64,000 bases of DNA, taken from positions 2,826,760 to 2,890,759 of the forward strand of contig CM082576.2 in the NCBI GenBank assembly GCA_040954595.2. The letters are read 5' to 3'. The translations under genes were made by a program, and so were the position numbers. The stretch is from Balanoglossus misakiensis. Lineage: Eukaryota; Animalia; Hemichordata. Below the pieces are notes generated by a model. The model ran no database searches. It was not told where the DNA came from and saw nothing but the letters and a program-made list of their open reading frames with translations. This document shows, piece after piece, positions 1 to 12,253 of the stretch; position 1 is the first letter of the stretch, and every line of letters begins with the position of its first letter.

Positions 1-1882
1 CGGATTTGAATTCATGATCAATTTTCAACCAAGACAATGGTGACAGCACACGCGTGGGTTGTGTTGGTAAGATGAATACTTCGTGTTTCATCCAGCCCAC
101 ATCGCGAGGTTGTGAAATATGTGGTCAATTCTAAACAGTTGGCGCGTTTGGTCGATTATCTCATCTTGCATTTGTCCTCATTTGATCCAGAGGCAAACGA
201 TATTGCATTCAGTCCATGAGGCCAGCTCAGAAATTGCCACATGCAGACTAGACCGTAAATGCCAAGGACATATCGTTATAAGAACCTGCCAAAACGTGTA
301 ACTACAACAGCAAGTCGTCACAGAATGTTATATATCTTTTCACCACCAGGTTTTCTGACGATGTGTATGTGCATTCAACTTTGACTCCGACGCAATAATT
401 TCGTCAGTTGGTGACGTCATGCATGCAGTACCCCACTTCTTCATTCGTTGTATACTGTATAATTACGCGGACTGAGAAAAGAAAAGTATTAACGCAAGGG
501 ACAGCCATTCTTTAAAACTTGCCAACAAACTGCGGACAATTGCAAACGGCATGGGCAAAGAATGTCAGTGCCATTACCCGTCAGTGGGGGTAAAATAATT
601 ACTTTCGCTTGAAAAGCGACCAAATGTCGAGGGATTCGTAATTGTCTTGCGATTGGCCTTACTCTACAATGTGCATTGATTAAAAAGAAAAACTTTGGTT
701 CCCTTTAGTTTCAAGGAGAACCCGGTAGTCTGTCACGGGACTGCCAGACACCGCTTTTTCTTTATATCGAAATCGCTGATGAGAAATTGTCAGCGCTTCG
801 TAGACCGTCGACTCCGTCGGAAACCTGGCCGAATTTGGTAAAACGACTCCGGACCTATTTAAATAAACGGTGTGAAAAGGCAAACATGCTCATCAACATA
901 TATTTGAGTACACATAGTTGCCATAGGCAGTTTACCTGAAATAATGCAATTATTTTGAACCGAATGGTAGTCTGCTTATCGCATTTCAAAACGATAAATT
1001 GGTCACAACAATCTTCCTTGTTTGTAAACTACACTGTAAAGTTAACCGATAATTTCTATTCAGCCCGGCCCTAGACAGCGCGCGAGGGGGTATTTACATG
1101 AATAGAATTCTCTCCCGTCAGAGGATGAGGCTGAAATCATTCAAAATCGGTCGGCATGCATAGCTAACGCTAATCACCAACTTCAGAAAATCAGAGAGAT
1201 TCCCCAAAAGAATTCTTTTTTTAACCGTCATTACGTAATCTCAAATGACCCTTTCACTAAACCGTTGTCCCTCTGTGCTTTTTTGCTGAAGGCGCTATAA
1301 TGAGGGCTTGCTACAGGTAATTGCCCCAGCAATTGTCAAGCACTTGCAAACATGTGTCAACCACAACCCGTGAGCCCAACGCTATAATACCCTTTTCAGT
1401 CTTTTCTTATCTTCGTTTTGGTTAGAAAAAAGCCGCAAAATAGCTTCATATTACTATTAGTAGCCTACATCAATCTCATACAGCCAGCAACCCAATAATC
1501 TATCAGGCAGTATGGTATATAGCGCCTGAATACAGTTTCTAGATTTGCCACATAGCCGCGATTGACGAATTCCAATCAAGGATAAGCGAAGTGAATGCCA
1601 ACTCACACAGCACGCATCCCCATTTGAGTGCCTGTGCAAATGCATTCCGCTAGAGGTATAAGCCTCAAGACCTGTGAAAAGCAGCCATCGTCGTAAAAAT
1701 GGAATCGGAACCGTTAACAGTTGTGTCGGTCCGCATATTAGTGTCATATTTTGTAACAAAGTAAGCGTTTTCAGCCGGTCGCAGCTGCCGCGCGGCTATG
1801 AAATTATACTGGTCGGAATGACAAAAGCGCACATCAAATGGGCGTTGTTACACCACTACTACTTTTGAAGGCATCTTCTTAC

Positions 1883-2110
1883 CTGTTGTAAATGTGACAG
1901 CACTGGGAAGAATTTTGGATCAATAGTCTTTCCTTTCAGGTTCTGGCATTTGATTATCGAAATGTTTCGACTTTTACCCCCGTCATGGCTAGATTGACAC
2001 CATTTTCCACGGCGACAAACACTGACACGATGCACGTCGCGACACAGCGACGCAGACAGTGGCGCGGGTGATTCGCATTGCTGGGGATTTGATCGATGTG
2101 CGACAAATGG
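1883..2110 (-). other. Candidate non-coding (5'UTR) first exon of a gene continuing left of the window
   Basis: Consensus donor CAG|gtaaga at 1883|1882. CpG-rich body with only short uORFs. CCAAT (~2146) and TATAAG (minus, ~2165-2160) just upstream. The 5' end is approximate. Confidence 0.45.
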
Positions 2111-2518
2111 TACAAGCTCGGCCTCGGAGGACCGCCTTACAACGGCCAATGATGGGCCACTTATAGTTCTCGTACTGTTTTGCTAATCGGTGTTAAGTTA
2201 CCGAGCGTCAGCGTGATGCCCAGCTCAACGGGAGACTTTCAACTTCGGAGTAATTCATTATAATTCCCAGCGAGTTACATTTGCATCACACATGTTGAAC
2301 CCAGACCGTGATATATCTCAGAAGAAGGCAATGGCGGCGACGTATTACGGTTTTGCGCGGAAAAAAATGAATCAGTGTTAAAAACAAGCAATGTTTGTGT
2401 ACCAGTGCAATATGAGAGGTTGAACGAAGTAGCAACACGTCAGGCCTGTTCGACGTCCGAAAGCCGGCGTAACTGGAGTACCACAACGCAATCTGGGGAG
2501 GTGGTACTGCAAACGAAT

Positions 2519-2532
2519 GCGCCCTCTAGTGG
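2519..2532 (-). promoter_or_regulatory. CTCF-like site CCACTAGAGGGCGC
   Basis: Very close match to the CTCF core consensus on the minus strand. Confidence 0.55.
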
Positions 2533-4289
2533 TGAGAAAATTCCTCATGGGAGCATTGATAAGTTACACTCAGACACCATCAAACCTTTCGACCTTGACT
2601 GAGGTCCATCCAAGGTCATAGGTGTCGCTTCCATTACTTACACAATGGCTTAACATATGAGCCAGGCGAAAGCGGGTGGCGATACCAGTAACTACTGGAT
2701 ATCGTTGGCCAATTCTGACGTGGGAGAGAGAATATAAGCAAAGATTATATTGAAAACCTCCCACGAGCTTTTCGAGTAAATTAAATCAGATGAAATGATT
2801 AAACAGAAATATGCATGAATGAAAACGTGAAAGAAATGCAATATTTAATAATTAATTCTCACTTTTAGACCACTTGGTGCCTGTCAAACGAAAGAAATAT
2901 TTATGCTCTATACGTGTTAATACTGAATATTATTGGTTCCGCAAATCCGAATTGAATGCAGTCGCAGGTGTTCAATCAATGGTCATTGTACACGTATTTG
3001 CGTTTGCGATCATTCACGATACGATTGGAGATACGCTAATCGAACGGATGGTAGTACCTAGAATTTGTAGTCTCTCTCAGCTCATCGGAAAAAATTTCAC
3101 GAAAGAGAGAGAGAGAGGAGGTGGGTGGGGAGGAGAGAAAGTTCTAGGTATTGGAAGTGTGAAATAAATACTTGATTAGCTCCGATGTGAGCATGCATCC
3201 CATTCTCTCCACACACCCTCAAAAACTGCTGTCAGGCGACACATTTGCATAATACGCAGTTTCAATGCGACAGCATATGTTTGTCACTATTGAAGAGCAC
3301 ATTTTTGCCCAGTGGCGATAAAATTTACACACATTCACTTTCAAACTCCAGCCGATTATAAGAGCGGCGTGGTCGTTCTGGTCTGTGTAAATTTCGTGCG
3401 GAATTCATCGGGCAGGTTTTTTACATTCGATTTACCCGCATGTTATGAAACGCGCACGACGGGGGAAGGGGGTGTACAAAGTGAACTTTCACGTCCCTTC
3501 GAGGTATTCGCTACAGAGGGATTTGAAAGAATCTATAATGCCCGGGAGGGATTGAAAGCCACTTCAATATCAAATCCTGACACGCGGCGGCTGTAGCCAA
3601 CAGTACAACACTTGACATGCCGAGCATAGCATTTCTTTGGAATTCCATTAGACACAGTTCGATGAGACATTTCAGGGGATGAAATCAAAGCACTGGTAGA
3701 TCATGGTCTACTTCGTGTAATTTCATCGTTTCGATTCAGGGTCCTTATTTAAGCTTAAATCAATTATTTATTTGAACTATGCTCGAGAAGTGTGTTTGCG
3801 CGACAGTATCACTGAATTTTTATAGGAACGTATAAAACAGGCCACAATAGCTAAAGTGCAAGCGATCGAATAGCTACAGCTAACATTAACAAACCGTTTT
3901 CTAAAGAATGAGCTTTAGTAACGACTATCAACTTTTCAGCGCACGCACTAATATCCTCACTCACGCATGCGTACTCCAGGTGAAATACCTCAAGGTCAAA
4001 AACCTCCATGAATATTTAAGTGGTATTATCGGTGCAGACCTACTTTGTGGCAGAGCTTAGGACATTGCTACGCCGAAGTGACGCATGGCTTGATTTGACA
4101 CGGCTATTTATGTGAATATCGTTCAATATTTATTTTATTTCAAAATATAGAATCGCTTATTCAACGATGTTACGACACACCCTGTTTAGTTGCTTGGTCG
4201 AGAGAGGGGTAGCTTTTCTTTGCATAACAAAGGGCCCTGCCTTTTGTACTAGTTCATTTAAATATTAGTAATAACCAGATGGTCACCCA

Positions 4290-4296
4290 TATAAAA
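4290..4296 (+). promoter_or_regulatory. TATA box of the LTR promoter
   Basis: TATAAAA ~120 bp into the LTR, upstream of the minisatellite and the polyA-like signal. Confidence 0.6.
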
Positions 4297-4398
4297 GGCC
4301 TTCTCACAAAAACCACGAGGCACACTTCTCAACACTGACTCGGAGGAGCACGTACATTGTAGCTCCAGCTCCAAATCGCCTTGGGAATTAGCTGGGCT

Positions 4399-4544
4399 GG
4401 ACTCTGTGAGCCACGGACTTTGCGTGAGCAACGGACTTCATGAGCAACGGACTTTGTGTGAGCAACTGACTACTGTGAGCAACTGACTTCTGTGAGCAAC
4501 TGGCTTCTGTGAATGGCGGACTTGGTCAGCAACGGACTTCTGTG
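4399..4544 (+). repeat. Minisatellite inside the LTR: ~8 copies of a 16-18 bp unit, consensus CTGTGAGCAACGGACTT
   Basis: Read directly: ctgtgagccacggactt / tgcgtgagcaacggactt / catgagcaacggactt / tgtgtgagcaactgacta / ctgtgagcaactgactt / ctgtgagcaactggctt / ctgtgaatggcggactt / ggtcagcaacggactt. Head-to-tail, no spacers. Confidence 0.92.
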
Positions 4545-5859
4545 CCTTGAGTTCGGCCAGGACTTTTGTGGACTCAATAACTCCTCGACCAAGCAGGGTA
4601 AAAACACATAGTGAACATTTTCTTTTGTGCGACCTTTTGATTTTAGAAGGCTAGTTGTTCAATTAAATATTCTGTTGTTGAACCACATTCTCCATTGTGT
4701 GCTCCAGTTTTTTTCTACCGTAACAACGAACACAGCGTCTCTTAGGAAACCACATACATGTAGCAACGCATCATCAACAACAACAACATCAACACCGACA
4801 GGCAAAGTCATCACCATTGTAGCAATCAAAGACTATAGCGTCACAAATCTGTTATGACGTCACATCCAATAGCGTCATCAAAATCATAATAAAATTAAGC
4901 CATAAATTAAAAGATTATAATACATGTTTTTGAAGGTGACACGCTTTATTCATTTACCTTGTATCAACCTGTAAAAGAACATGTTGACTAAGCCTCTTTA
5001 ATTTGTTGGAAGCTGTTAAGAGGCTCCAGCTGTACCTATGTTCGGATGTCAACTATTCCGCCTCCACTGTACATGAAACTCGAGGATGCCGAAAATGTAT
5101 TTTATGGTGATCCTTTTTCTGAATTCAGACAATTATGCCTAATTAAATTCTTTCGTTTTTATTTTCAGTGTATTGGTAATATTTCACAATACCTGGACTG
5201 GTTCTACATATACCACCATTCCAAACCCACTCCTTCAATTGAAGAGCGCGTATAGGACCTCTCCCTGAAACGCTTTTCGTGTGAGTACAGGTATATAATT
5301 ACTCGAATATCGTGCATGCCCGCCTGCGATAAGGGGTTGTTGCTATTATATGATATCATATCAAATAATTGAGTTTTGGCATATCGGTGTCATTTTTCTT
5401 AAAGACAGAACGTCAGAAAAGCAGTTCAAGCAGTTCAGTTCGGCGGATTGAGCTCTCGCCCAATCAGAATGGCGGTAGCATAATGATTATTATCTGGGTG
5501 ATATACTTGTTAACTGAAAAAATATCAATCACCCCTTGGAGAAATTTTAAATGGTTTGTTCACGTTTTGGACAATTAAATGGAAATTTGAAGTAAATTAA
5601 TGATAGCCCTTTTTTAACGAGACTGTATTTCACTTTGACACGTTGAGAAACGATGTCGTCAGAGACAAAAATGTGTCACAGAATTAGTTTGTTTTTCTAC
5701 GTGTGTTTAAATGGAATTTTATGAAGCGGCAATTTAACACAATGCTCTAGGCGTTAATCGCCGTAAAGGGCTTTATCACGCCACACTGATATATAAAAAG
5801 CAAACACATAAAACACCAAACACACACACTCGTAATTTGGAAGTGCGAACGCCCTGTCG

Positions 5860-6027
5860 TCACTCCGAACGGCAGGATTGGTGTTTGACCCAATGCTGGC
5901 GCGGCCTCATCATCAGCATCACCAGCTGATGCATGGGCCGGGGCGCAGCCCAGTTGTCGGTGTCAAACTCAAGGTGGCGGTATACACATAAGTCCGCCAT
6001 GATGCATGCATGATGGGAAGGGTGTGC
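5860..6027 (-). CDS. Putative downstream or terminal exon (AHPSHHACIMADLCVYRHLEFDTDNWAAPRPMHQLVMLMMRPRQHWVKHQSCRSE*)
   Basis: Acceptor ttgctaatccacttacag|G with CTAAT branch motif. Locally GC-rich relative to the flanks. The longest open frame is the one predicted from the upstream exons. The 3' boundary is uncertain: a weak donor at 5923|5922, or AATAAA on the minus strand near 4944-4949. Confidence 0.4.
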   Translation of the reverse strand, partial: AHPSHHACIMADLCVYRHLEFDTDNWAAPRPMHQLVMLMMRPRQHWVKHQSCRSE

Positions 6028-7681
6028 CTGTAAGTGGATTAGCAATTCGGCAAACCTTTCATGATCATGTACTCTAGGGATTGCGACAGTTATTAGATAA
6101 TAAATGCGTCCAGAACAAACGAAAGATCCTCCATTTCAAAACGGCAAAAATGCCCCATCCCATTAACACACAAAACATCCCTAAATCCTGCTTTCCTGCA
6201 GTACATGTTACAGCTTTCAATAAAAATCCTTACCTATAAAACATTGGAGATAATGTCTACACTTGGCAAATAAAAATTGTCCTCTCCATTACAAGTTCGG
6301 TAGGTTTCGTGTTTTGGTTTTAGGGCGAAATCCATATAAAGATCAGGCTTTCGAGGGACATGCTAACCTCGTTATCAAAAGGTGAATGGCACCATCCGGG
6401 ATAGCGTAGAGTTACCTTTCCTATTCAATCACTACTGCATTACATGATCGCTGGAATTTGCGGAATTCTCAGGAAGATTTCATTTACTCTCGTTGCACTC
6501 ACAGCAGATACCGTTTTGCTAATTCACATTCCAAATCAATTACCTGAGTAAATATTTCCCCCCGTGTCGTTTGGTTACAAGCGATCGGTTGCCAAGGCAA
6601 AATCTGGGGAGCGTCTTTTTTCTCTCTCACTGAGCAACACACACCTAGAGGCACCTGTCACACTGTACGAGAACACGGAAAAAGGTCGAAGCAGCGACCT
6701 ACATAATACCCGCGGTCAATCAAATCGGAAGCGAAATGGTGGCATTGTCTTCTGGATACCCCGTGACTAGAATTTTTTCTTATTAAATCTAGCGTCAATA
6801 ATCCAATATGCCGCTACAGTACAGGATCTAATCAACGCTGGCTCTGGTGAATATGAGAAGACGGCAGCGTATAACAAAGTAGACCCCCCAACGAAAACTA
6901 TGAAAGCCGTGGCCTTTAACACTCTCTATAGCAAGCAGCCCTACGTCACTCCATGATTGGCACAATGACGCGCATCAGAGACGGTTCTCCACGTCAGTCC
7001 ATCAACGCGCGACAACGTCGAAACCTAACCATCACTTTCAATCAATGACAGTGCCAACGCTATCATCGCAAGCTTTTGTATGTAAACATCCTCGCCTTGA
7101 AAGACAATCCCTTCACTTTAAAAGGTACAGGCGTAAAAGCATCAATGGTGAAGAATAGGAAGCCGATCATTTAAGTGGGCAGGTCAACCCGCTTCAAAAT
7201 TCAAACATTTTATTAAAATACGCACAAAAGCGCACATTCAGACAACACGCGTGCAGAACAACCCATGATACGAAAATATTTTACCCAGCGTCCAAGCTAA
7301 ATTTCGATGCGACCTTTCGGCTAGAAATTTACACGTATGATTTACTAATATGGTATTGGAAAACTGAACAGGAACTTGAATTGACGATAACAACAATCAA
7401 ATCTACAACATAAACGAACATTTCACAAGCCGTCCTTCACGCAACTGAAATGTCACAATTTCAATATTGGTCAATCTATTTTACATATTTACAGTTTTTC
7501 CCCAGGCGCTGTATTTACGCTGTGTTTACGTATGAGCCAACTTGGGTGTAATATTTGATGATTTAACACTTCGATTTAAAATTACGAGTAAAAACTACTC
7601 ATTCGACGTTACTGATTCAGAAACACCCGCCGAGGATGTGTTTCCCGCCGAATATCATGATAAAGTTCTCAAGGCAACTGG

Positions 7682-7682
7682 C

Positions 7683-7721
<39 letters not shown>
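7682..7721 (+). repeat. (CAGA)10 microsatellite
   Basis: Read directly. Confidence 0.95.
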
Positions 7722-8648
7722 AAAAAACATTTCAATCCTGGCCACTCACATCCAATGACTTGCAGATTTCCAGGTCACAGCACCGCGACTCTCCGAAGGT
7801 TTGATTATCCCCTGTGTGCATTCATAGCATCTTTAGAGCTAACAAAGATTTCATCTGCGTGGATTCTCGGCGTCACGGAACTGCCCTTTTTTTCCAAATC
7901 CTTCCTCATTAAATGTGATTCTTAAGGACAGTGACGATGTCAAAGGTGTTCGCACTCAGGTGCGCGCGAAAGACAAGATGATTCATAGACTGCAGAATGG
8001 CTTTCGTTCCATGTTTCGCATTTGAAGTGCGTCGTCATATGTGAAATACGCGCGCAATCTAGCCCGGGCCCAACCAAAGAAATCAATTCAGAAAATAAAC
8101 AGAAGAAGAACAACAAAGTGTGCGTGATTTCCCTGACAATTACTGCTCTTGATTCTAAGGCTGCCGATGTGAAAAGATGGGGGATGAATCACTTGCTTCG
8201 GCGCGCAAAGAAACAAAAACAATCATTTTAGAAAAGTATGCACATAGAAGTATTTTTAGGCGTTTGTAATTTTGTTCGGTATGTTTGATATGGGTCTATA
8301 TGGGTCTGAATCAAAGGAAATTAAATTAAAACTAAAACACACCGCATTTACAGGTGATGTCAACAGGAGAGGAAAAACAGAAGGTTTAAACGCAAATGAC
8401 AACCACGTGTTAAATGCCGGGAATGCAATTTACAACCCCATCCCTAAATTTTAAAAGCTCTGTCACGAAATCACAGAAGAGACTATGTGGGGCAACACAA
8501 ACAACCGGAACAGAAATTCTAATGAAATTGCTGAAAACCGACAGGTTCGCTAACTGAAAGCGCAAGTTACATAACCGTATCGATTATCTGATGCTTGGTG
8601 GGAACTCAAATATATCAAACCGGATGTAATATCTTAAGTCTAACTTAC

Positions 8649-9093
8649 ATTTGTTGATTTTCTCTCTCTTTTCCTCAATTAGAACTGAAAAACTACAACG
8701 GATGCAGAGGACAAACCATTTTTCATAAAAAAGGTATGTGCTTATGGTTAGTCTTTAATATTTATATCAATACTGGACTAAAAAGCGGTTTATTTTTCTC
8801 GTTTAACTTCCGCGGCAGAGAAGAAAGTCTTAACGAATGCGCATTAAAAAAGGCGACAATTCTAATATCAGAATGGTGTGTCAGAAAGATGACAATGCCA
8901 ATAGGAGCGAGCGCGTCGTGGGAGCCGGGAGCGTTGAACCGCGTCAATTTCGCCAATCACGGTGGTTGAATGAATTGGATGTGTCTATCGCCAATCATTT
9001 CGAGAAAGGTATCTTGTCGCTTTAAACGTTATTGCATTATGCGAAGTGACAGCCTCCGTTGATACAAACATTTGGCGTCACGAGGGGGCGGGG
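8649..9093 (-). promoter_or_regulatory. CCAAT/GC-box promoter-like module with a possible first exon ending at 8649
   Basis: CCAAT at 8898, 8953 and 8991; GGGGCGGGG at 9085-9093; CpG-rich. Minus-strand donor AT|gtaagt at 8649|8648. Orientation is inferred. Confidence 0.4.
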
Positions 9094-9134
9094 TGCGTCT
9101 TTTCAAATTACTATCATGAATGTGAGGCACTGAC

Positions 9135-9171
9135 CTCTTCGTAGGCAGGTTCCTTGCGGCAAGTCCGCGAC
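9135..9171 (-). CDS. Putative 37-nt small exon (SRTCRKEPAYEE)
   Basis: Donor GAG|gtcagt. The acceptor (aaaag|G) is weak but follows a ~100-nt U-rich AG-free zone (9174-9272). Its phase bridges the 12254 donor and the 6027 acceptor in frame. Confidence 0.35.
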
Positions 9172-12100
9172 CTTTTGAATCCGAGATTCGCCAAAGCGGG
9201 TTAATAAGAGCAAACGTAGTCAAGTATAAAGAGATGCAAGCAATAAAATAAATAAAGAAAAAAATCATATATCTGAGAAGTTATGAGTAATGCACGTGAA
9301 AAAGTGATGGCTAGTGTATATTAGAAAGAACACGGAGTGTTCACTATCAGCGGCATGAGATAACTCTATGGCCGGAGGAAATGAAGTAAGTCAGCGAGTA
9401 TCGTGTTTTCGGTGTGTTTCTGAGAAGAAACATGGCGAAAAGAGGGGAAAAAGGGAAGGTATGTTTTGTTGACACAGCTGCGGCAAGCATACGAGCCTAC
9501 TTAGCGATGATAGCTACAATAGACTAGCCATTTACTTGTACACTTTCAAACACGCGCAGATCTGATTTTTGTCATTCAAGCTGCGGATGATTTTGTGTGT
9601 GCAAACCGAGAGATTTGGCCATGCATACAAAGCTTGCCAAGGAATCAATACGCTAAGAACAAGCCCGCAAGCTTTCTCCTTTATCATATCTGTCTCCTTC
9701 TGTGAGGTTTCTCTCTCGCTTTTCAGGTCTAGTAAACGTATAGTGGAATAAATTTGGGTTTTGTTCCTTTATTAAATGTCACCAACGCGCCAAAGAAAAA
9801 AAGGACAGCGAGTAGTGCAGAACTGTCTAGGGGGACTATTTTCGAATTTCTTATGAAGGGAATTTGTGCAGTCTCCCGTTGCTGCAGTCGCAGATATTCG
9901 ATCCGTGCATTGCGTCTTAACGCGATATTTCTTCCGAGGTGTTGACACAGGATTTCATTTCGTCCACGCTATTTGCTTTCCAGCGTATCTTGAAATGCTA
10001 TATCATCTTTCGCTAACAGTCACAGCCTTAGCATTGTTTGTTTGTTTGAATTTCTTTCCTTGGCATCAATGAAAGCGCCGAGACATCTGCAATACACTTC
10101 TGACGGACATGAAAATGTGTCACTGTTTTTTCATGACTTCAAGAGAATCTTCATTCGATAAAGGCATATCTATGAAATGTGACAGCTGAGTGTGGGAGAA
10201 TGCATTTTTACTGTCTGTATGTATGACCGCCGCAGGCGTATAAATCACAGAAAGAGTTCTGCGCATGGGTAACAGAGTCGAGAAACCACCCCAAGAGAAT
10301 GTTAGATCCTTTTGTACTTATGACTTTCATTTAACGCTGTGCTTGGGAACTTTCAAAAGAACTGACAACTCCAATGCCACTCGGTTGAAGCAGGAGTGGT
10401 CTCAAACCGAATCATGTAAACGCACCAATGAATGAATGAACGAACGACTCGGAATGGATGTATGAATGAAATACACCGGAAGCAGCTGCGTGAGACATCT
10501 GACAGAGAAAGCGACCGTGTCCTTTTATTTAAGACATACGGAAAGTCAGCCATTCAGAGAACCAAATGCCTTGCGGAACACAGACTTTGTAATATACCCC
10601 GTCATATTTGACACTAGAATTATAATATCCGAAAAAAATTAATTCACACTATTGATCGTTTTGAACTTCCCCGTAAACCGAAGATAATGTAGTTGATAAT
10701 ATACTGTTAGTTTATCCATAAACAAGGCAGGTGAATCGGATGAAGACTATTGCAAAAGTAGTTCATAAGGTCACCTTGCTTGAGAATATTAAATTGCCGC
10801 ACGATCGCGGCTTTTTGCGGGTCATGTCCGCTCCAGAAATTCTAAAAGAACAGTAGTTCGTTTAACAGTGAAACGACCTCGATTCCGGTCAATTTCACCA
10901 CATTACTTATCCGGTCTACACACGGTTGAATTGTCTGGATTACTTTTACCAATCGACGTTAAGATCTCCTTCGCCCTGTACTATACACCGGAGAGCGAAC
11001 GGGATCGAGCAACGCAGATGCAAATCGCCCGCGATTTGTCGTACGCACATCGCGGCCTGCATGCACTCACGGTCGATACGCCCACAATTGTGAGTAGTTT
11101 GAAAGAAAGTTACATTTCACCGGAGAAAATTGTGCTTTTACTTGATAAAACTACACCATTCACAGACGGGTCAGGGGGTACATGTAAGTGTAGGTGAGAA
11201 TAAACCAAATAACGCGGTATTACAATCCCCCCCCCCCAACTCACATGATTGATTGCACGCCTAAGTCAAAGGCGCAGGCGGCGTGTTCAATTATACTGTA
11301 AGTCTAATTCGGCATTAGACATTTTGGAACTTTCAATTTGAAGATGGAATAAAGACAACCAAAATATCACTGCAAAAAAATGTACCAACACGCATGATGA
11401 TCTGTTTTGTACACGCACGTACTGTGTGCGTATACGACACGATTGCAAAGGTACAACACGTATGCAGTTGTTTTGCAGTGAGCAAACTTAGCACATTCTT
11501 CGAGCTTTTTAGCGTTCGTGTAAGTCAACGGTTTTAATATAGTGATGTCTCCGACGATGAGCTTCAGCGTTGTCTAAACTCGTGTCGACATCCTAGCAAG
11601 CAACCCTAGTGCGACTATAGATCGTGGTTGTCTAAAATCCAAAACACGAAGACCACGCCCAGTTCGCCTTTACCGGCGTTACACATGGTGTACATTAATG
11701 TAGGCAACAGTCGCAAACGAAGTATAGTGGCACGACATCTGAAACAGACACGAGTCACCCAAAGTGGGAAAACTATCAGTGATCACGCAGAGTTTAGCAA
11801 ATTGTCACAGGCAAAAATCTCAACATTTTGTACTGCAAACACAAAATATTAAAAGGGTACAAGTGAGAATCTCTTCAGATTCTGGTTGCAGTTTTTTACA
11901 CTCCGTAAAACATACGCCTGCAGCCTCAAAATGGAGTCTATACCATTAGAATTCATGAAAGGCAGCGATAAAACGCGCGGCACGAGTACTTTAACGTTCT
12001 AGTTTAAACAAAGAAAGCAGTTAGAACAGCAAGTGTCCCACTTAGCTCTTTAGTGTTATTCAATTGGTCGTAAAATATGAAAGCTACCAAAAACATACGC

Positions 12101-12172
12101 GCGACCGCCAAAAATATTTTTTTTTATGCGAGGTACACCACCTATCAAACCATTGCGTAAGCAACCCTTACG

Positions 12173-12207
12173 AACAACAACAACAACAACAACAACAACA
12201 ATAACAA
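12173..12207 (+). repeat. (AAC)~9-11 microsatellite
   Basis: Read directly; GUU-rich on the minus strand just downstream of the 12254 donor. Confidence 0.9.
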
Positions 12208-12253
12208 TCCCTGTCCGCGAACAGTGACAGAAAGAACATGCCAATGAGCTTAC

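Larger units (their letters stand above)
4168..4725 (+). mobile_element. Solo LTR of an LTR retrotransposon (4-bp TSD, Gypsy-like), 558 bp
   Basis: Starts TGTTACG (4168) and ends CGTAACA (4725): a 7-bp terminal inverted repeat with canonical TG...CA. Identical ACGA flanks both sides (4164-4167, 4726-4729). TATAAAA (4290-4296) and ATTAAA (4662-4667) lie in U3-R-U5 order. No gag/pol ORF adjacent, so solo. The Gypsy call rests only on TSD length. Confidence 0.88.

Noticed and set aside
4399-4544. CRISPR-like repeat array
   Set aside because: Units are only ~17 bp, abut with no unique spacers, sit inside an LTR, and there are no cas genes in this eukaryotic context.
5750-6027. Alternative minus frame with two close TGA codons followed by a long open stretch (selenoprotein idea)
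   Set aside because: No SECIS recognised and no known selenoprotein motif.
7200-8600. Apparent long minus-strand 3'UTR with AATAAA at ~7208-7213
   Set aside because: The U-rich skew is equally explained by minus-strand intron sequence; cannot be distinguished without transcripts.
10776-10790. Partial miR-137-like TTGCTTGAGAATA (also miR-190-like at ~60831)
   Set aside because: Seed and 3' ends do not match and there is no precursor hairpin.
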